From Raillietiella orientalis (Eukaryota), in contig JAYWIR010000037.1 of the NCBI GenBank assembly GCA_036172245.1, positions 1,736,001-1,800,000 of the forward strand: DNA of 64,000 nucleotides. Reading direction: 5' to 3'. Below are positions 59,801-64,000 of this stretch, piece by piece. Within the stretch, counting starts at the first letter, position 1, and each line of letters starts with the position of its first letter. Both the position numbers and the translations under genes were made by a program. Under the pieces are notes generated by a model. It ran no database searches. It saw nothing but the letters and a program-made list of their open reading frames with translations, and was not told the DNA's origin.

Positions 59801-60843
59801 TAAAGTGAGAGGAATAAGCCTAAACTAAACACGCACTCGAAAATGTTTATGAACCAGTTTTGCAATAAATAATCAATTCAAAAACTGGAGTATGAATCAG
59901 GAATGAATACGTTACAGCTAAGCCTTAAGAAAACCCAAACTACTGATGAAAGAAATTGCATGTTTTTGAACTTGTGTATGATCTGTTCAGTAATCATGAA
60001 CTACAGTACCTAACAAAAAACCGAAATTAGTAAACAAATGTAGCACTCAAATAACAAATGAAATAAAAACACAGAGTGAACAATGAAGAGATGAAAAAAC
60101 ACTTCCAAAAGAAACAAAGTAAATCAGAACTTAATAAGAAGAGATACACTAATGCGCACTAATTTTGGAAAATACATCTATAAAAGTAATATAGGTTTGA
60201 CCCTGGATACCTGTTTACGAAACCTAAATCAATTACTAATAATAACTTGTGACTGATGTGAATTCCATTCAATCACTATAGATTATTTTACAAGGAAAAC
60301 TGCGAACATGCAATCAACTTTCTCAGTTGTCTTGTAATTAGATTCAAACCCACAACTGACTACAAGTAAATATAAACCTTGATACCACCTTCCACTACTT
60401 GAGATTTTTTTTTCATTTGTCACATTTCCTGATCGTATTGGCAACAATTTTTGCATTAGGATATATTATGAGAAAATTTAAGTTGACACAGTGAATGACA
60501 GACACTACTTTTTATATTCAAAGGATACATTCTTAACTGACCACTTTTTGTACCAACAGCTAACAGCCGCTGAACAGGGTCAAAATCCATACATATAGCT
60601 TGGAAAGGAAAGCCATGCTTCACAGTCTACAATACAAGCAGACAGTAGGATTTGAATGTTTAGCATTTAATAAGCATCAAAATTCCCATAAAAATAATAA
60701 CAATATACCCTGGACAAAACGAAATTTTCTGGTTTCAAAGTTTCCACAATTTCTTCTATGGTTTCATTATTACGTAGATTTGATGCCTGTGAAACTGTTG
60801 ACCAAATGCCATCAAACACTCCTTTAAAAGTGAACTTCTTCAT
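41716..60843 (-). CDS. STXBP5: Tomosyn / syntaxin-binding protein 5 (WD40 beta-propellers plus C-terminal R-SNARE), multi-exon gene
   Basis: Manually spliced exons with GT-AG boundaries and consistent phases run from ATG 60843 (MKKFTFKGVFDG) through TVKHGFP..DPVQRLLAVGT, FGRPGV, WNKAI, EWPISGG, ITGHTNGTVKFWDAS, SRSSSFSS, LWIGTSFG and LDREELFGE to ERGERLGQLEERT..KYKDKKWYHL* (stop 41716-41718). Confidence 0.96.
41916..42025 (-). CDS. STXBP5: tomosyn exon 24
   Basis: FGEQKSGKASKILAKRIPG. Confidence 0.93.
42073..42200 (-). CDS. STXBP5: tomosyn exon 23
   Basis: TPDAPRENIIKSFF...LDREEL. Confidence 0.92.
42246..42341 (-). CDS. STXBP5: tomosyn exon 22
   Basis: ISRTFCFSNHGHGLYLCSPSEIQRFT. Confidence 0.94.
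42416..42502 (-). CDS. STXBP5: tomosyn 87-nt frame-preserving (cassette-type) exon
   Basis: SFQTSHKEGPADPMLSIWGQQMFVHEDAEQ; phase 2/2; AG...GT boundaries. Confidence 0.8.
42652..42760 (-). CDS. STXBP5: tomosyn exon 20
   Basis: SVCLLCYLSNGHLMCYSLPSLRLL...FLPL. Confidence 0.93.
42807..42995 (-). CDS. STXBP5: tomosyn exon 19
   Basis: RQFAVLVSDKQACVLALPSQLCVYK. Confidence 0.92.
43043..43162 (-). CDS. STXBP5: tomosyn exon 18
   Basis: IIYRLRGTIMEMSFLDCNNALIPVPFESWKE. Confidence 0.92.
43213..43335 (-). CDS. STXBP5: tomosyn exon 17
   Basis: PTLWIGTSFGSV...QPVQPQSSG. Confidence 0.93.
43709..43825 (-). CDS. STXBP5: tomosyn exon 16
   Basis: KSDSAISHSRSSSFSSLENVNMESITCLAFIDSYTKKE. Confidence 0.93.
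44639..44921 (-). CDS. STXBP5: tomosyn hypervariable-region alternative exon B (donor position tentative)
   Basis: Strong phase-0 acceptor TTTCTTTAG, then LLDDSATC...LKKCASIAIP...PPSLPVTPP. Candidate phase-1 donor GTAACT at 44638. Confidence 0.65.
46075..46672 (-). CDS. STXBP5: tomosyn hypervariable-region alternative exon A (donor position tentative)
   Basis: Phase-0 acceptor at 46672 and a ~200-codon open frame inside AT-rich surroundings. Candidate phase-1 donor GTAATG at 46074. Confidence 0.6.
46861..47044 (-). CDS. STXBP5: tomosyn exon 13
   Basis: LAYGSEQGLVVIDIVQRVCL...DLYGSADPYVR. Confidence 0.93.
47148..47293 (-). CDS. STXBP5: tomosyn exon 12
   Basis: LRMAPGYQVELLC...VTALTLNSLYGL. 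Confidence 0.92.
47417..47527 (-). CDS. STXBP5: tomosyn exon 11
   Basis: VLEVPLLD...Ser-rich; phase 0/0. Confidence 0.8.
47575..47821 (-). CDS. STXBP5: tomosyn exon 10
   Basis: HTNGTVKFWDASATHLQFLYKFRTAKLFE...LCPESR. Confidence 0.95.
47868..48159 (-). CDS. STXBP5: tomosyn exon 9
   Basis: AYAVVVLLMND...FENPYPIDINDSSVT...EWPISGG...EIIITG. Confidence 0.95.
50552..50706 (-). CDS. STXBP5: tomosyn exon 8
   Basis: DSFMIFSGGLAY...TTILEMESNVLDFIILCESPWPN. Confidence 0.95.
52514..52589 (-). CDS. STXBP5: tomosyn exon 7
   Basis: AKMDKNGKLESCHAIQKIQWKHCKNG; phases fit both neighbours. Confidence 0.88.
54317..54521 (-). CDS. STXBP5: tomosyn exon 6
   Basis: LLIGFESG...SWHHDGKQFMTSHQDGSL..W...FPH. Confidence 0.95.
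55875..55938 (-). CDS. STXBP5: tomosyn exon 5
   Basis: QQKSRPGAVVQLYDCPTDSNK. Confidence 0.9.
56299..56433 (-). CDS. STXBP5: tomosyn exon 4
   Basis: ITACHVAFQSHWLYLGSDKGNVH...LSGYVINWNKAID. Confidence 0.95.
56699..56881 (-). CDS. STXBP5: tomosyn exon 3
   Basis: FGRPGVDTDFQH...FLINEG...ADDTVNLWNLK. Confidence 0.95.
56882..60528 (-). other. U12-type (minor spliceosome) GT-AG intron
   Basis: 5' splice site GTATCCTTT. Branch-point-like TCTTTAAC lies ~10 nt before the 3' TAG, with no polypyrimidine tract. Splicing restores ...LR I FGRPG in frame. Confidence 0.9.
59219..59255. repeat. Perfect 16-bp inverted repeat with a 5-nt loop
   Basis: TTACTGTGACTTTCAA-tgtgt-TTGAAAGTCACAGTAA. Confidence 0.9.
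60529..60626 (-). CDS. STXBP5: tomosyn exon 2
   Basis: TVKHGFPFQAICMDFDPVQRLLAVGTKSGQLR; donor GTATCCTTT. Confidence 0.95.
60709..60843 (-). CDS. STXBP5: tomosyn coding exon 1
   Basis: MKKFTFKGVFDGIW...ETLKPENFVLSR|GTATAT. Confidence 0.92.
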
Positions 60844-63800
60844 TTTGCTTCAATGCTATCTCATTGTATGATTTCTGCATTTTATTGCTTTTAATGCTGA
60901 ACCACATCTACAGCTTTACATGTTAAACAAAACAACTGGATGTTTCCTCTATGGTTGGATACAACTATAAAAAAATTATAAATTATGAAATTGCTGCAAC
61001 AAAAACTAACTTCTAACTTCTACATATAGCAATATTACATATTTTCCATGTACTCATAAAAATATGGTAGTAAAGAACAGAATTCGGATGAAGTCTGTTT
61101 CATTAATCTCAAACAGTTTTCTGACTCTGCTTATTTCGGTTCAATTTCAGAAAACTTGCAACGTTCATAAAAATGTGACTGGCTACAAAAGAACAAAGTG
61201 CACTAAAAAAGACTTGGTTGAAAGCTGAATGAACAGCATCGATCCTTAGTTTTTAAGTAAAAATTTTAGTAAAAACCACGGACATGAGGAAAATCTGTAA
61301 CACGAGGGAGTAAAAATAACCACGACATCTTCGAAGTAATCACAAATAATTGGTAAGGAAAACATTACGAACTTTTTCAAATTTCACTTCCTGAGATGAA
61401 TATGGAATATTATTGTTTACTCAAACACAACCTCGTAACTAAAACAGCATGCCATTTTCACAAGCACAGTTATTTTTGCAAATGTTTGGTACATTGTGAC
61501 ACTATTTTTTTGAAACAATAAAGAAATTCATAGTTTCCTGAAAACGCTCATAAAATATTTTACATATCACATTCTGCGGGAACCTTGCTTTAAGTACTGC
61601 AACGCTTCGTTTCGAAACAGAGTCTCAATAAAAATTCTTCATTCTTTAAAAATGTTAAGCACATTATTAATTAACATATCCATGTCTTCTCATCATACCT
61701 TTGGTACAACACCACATAATTCACATCAGTTTCTTTAATAGGCATTCATCGCAGAGTGAATAAAAAGTCCCAGAGGTTTCGGGAATCTTCAAAATGCTAT
61801 CGTACTGGCTTACTTACCATCGAATTGAGTAATTAGCACCGCTATCACAAAATTCTTAATAGCAAGTACATTATTAGCGGACACATTAGAAAATTTATTT
61901 CATGCATTTGTTCATGAGACTTCCGTTTACGATCTTTCGCTGTTCCCGCAAAATCGAAAAAAAGAAATTGTGATGATGTATACCATCAGAAGTGTTATTT
62001 GACTTCGATCTCGGCAATCAACGATAGACTGCAATCCATTATAAGCGTTATTAATCTTAATCGCCGGTAATTAGGGATGCTCCCCACAAACTCTGAAGTG
62101 CCAACCGTTATATGGCCCTATGTTCAGTTTGCAACGCTTGGAACCAGCATTTGCAGTTTCTTGTATTTACCTACTCGACGGATCTGTTGCATTCAATACT
62201 TTGTTTCTGAGAGTATTTCCTTCGTAATTCTGTTGGTGTCCTCACGAAAGCCCGCAGCCATACATAGGTGACCTGGGTGGTTACTCAACTGACTAGTGTA
62301 CTTCACGAATTCATGGACAGCAGGGGTGGCGTACGAAAGCACTTGTTGCTCGGCCGTGTGTCATCAGTCCAACTTGCCAACGGCCGTTGGGAACTCCCGT
62401 CGTACACGCGATCCCAGTCACGAAGAACACTAATGCTAATGTCGGGGCAGATCACCGTATATCATTGTCTTGGTGTTCATCCACTCGGGCACTAAGGCAC
62501 GCATTCCATAGAAACTTTGGAAGGTTCCTCCTTCCTACTGGATCCATTGAAGCTTCGTCAAAGCTCTTGGAAGCGCTCGATTTTTCGTGACTCTTCTTTC
62601 TTCTTTCGCGCTGGGACAAGAACGCGAACTTTTTTTTCTCTTTTTTCCTCTTTTTTTTTTTCTTTTGTTGCAAGAAATTAGAAGAATCCAGAATCGGAAA
62701 TCTGAGAGGAAATTCGGCTACTGCTTGGGTTTCGAGTGCATGGCAAGATTTTGCTCCAAATTCGAAAGTTTGTGAGTTCGATCAGGGGCCCTGCATGTGC
62801 ATTTTGACTTTTTTCTTGCCGAACCGAATGAAACTGCGGATCCATCAATTAAGCGACATTCAGATTAATGACTTTAATTTCAAATTCCACACACACGGAA
62901 TTGGCGGACTTCATATCCTTATTTTGTTAACCAACACCTGAGCGTCCTCCCTTGAACCTGACCGTGGAAGCAAGAAAGTGACAGCAATGGAAATGATTTC
63001 AGTTTCCTACTTGAAATCATCTCGGATAAATTATGCACTTTTTAGTCTTTGCCTTGGATTCAGTTGTTTTTCCACTCCTGTTCCATGTTGCCGTGGGCGC
63101 ACTTGCTCTTCCCCCCCCAAAAATATGGTTTCTAGACAACGGCACTGCGGCATCGAATTGTAAAAACTGTAAAAAAACAGAAAACGGAATGAACTGCATA
63201 TAAATAAAAAGCGGAATAAGAAAATGGAATGAATTAATGTCCATGAATTGTTTCGGAGTCACGAGCATACTGAATGAACTGTTGGCCAAAAAAGGAAAAT
63301 TTTTCGTTTTTAAACCAGCCGAAATTCTGCACCGTTGTACTACAATTGCATAGCTGTATATTTCGTTTTTTTCCCTTTTCTTGTAGAATGCTGATGTTTT
63401 TTTTCCTTTTTTTTTTTTTTAAGGCCGTGTTAGTGTTGAAAAGACTTCAGGACTTCAAAGAGAACGGATCCATTTGTGGAGAAAGAATTTGTGGCGATGC
63501 CGGAATGCATTCCGGTTGTGTCCACGCTCATTTAGTGCTGCAGAGTCCCTAGCACAGTGGCACAGAAGTGAGAGATGTGCCACTTGAGTTTTTTCGATTT
63601 ACAATGAGCTCTTGCATTCAAGCCATGCTGTGGATTGCAGAGATTTTCAGAGCTGTGGTTACAAGCCTTTCTTGTATGACGAAGTGCCACTTTTGATGAT
63701 TCCAGCATCGGATTTCCGGTATGTGCTCACTCAAGTGCTACATGTACTGTAAGAACTTGTGGCAGTTCGTGTTCTTCTCCGCATCCTAAACTTGATCGGG

Positions 63801-64000
63801 TTTTCCCAACGTTGGGATAGCTGCTAAATTCTTGAAGTCTTGAGCAATATATCAAAAAAACTTTTGTTCAGTGTGTTGCCTTTTATCGTTTTTATTTTTC
63901 AAAGTGAGGTCTCCTCACTTGAATACTGAAAATAAAGCAAGTGATGCTGCAATTTTGAAAACGGCTAGAACATCACGTTCAAGACTGCAGAGTTTCATCC

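Noticed and set aside
63575..63743. Imperfect 15-bp inverted repeats suggesting a MITE
   Set aside because: The repeats are mismatched, there is no clear TSD, and only one copy is in the window.

Overview
Eukaryotic, most likely arthropod, genomic DNA in two contrasting halves. The right half (~41.7-60.8 kb, AT-rich) holds a complete minus-strand tomosyn (STXBP5) gene. I reconstructed about 25 exons by hand, from MKKFTFKG to the C-terminal R-SNARE (...KYKDKKWYHL*). The gene includes a U12-type (minor spliceosome) intron, two phase-compatible alternative exons in the hypervariable region, and an 87-nt frame-preserving exon. The left half (~0.5-37 kb, visibly more GC-rich, no long intact ORF) is a graveyard of decayed foreign DNA. 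It contains (i) two degenerate bunyavirus-like (Phenuiviridae-like) L-polymerase fragments, (ii) a degenerate chuvirus/gB-like glycoprotein gene, (iii) a frameshifted bacterial rpoD (sigma70) fragment of probable endosymbiont origin, (iv) many nested, truncated L1/Tx1-like non-LTR retrotransposons with a shared AATAAA+hairpin 3' end and apparently a tRNA-derived 5' head, and (v) nested inverted repeats. All homology calls come from manual translation and remembered motifs, not from database searches. The viral calls rest on degenerate motifs and need HMM confirmation.
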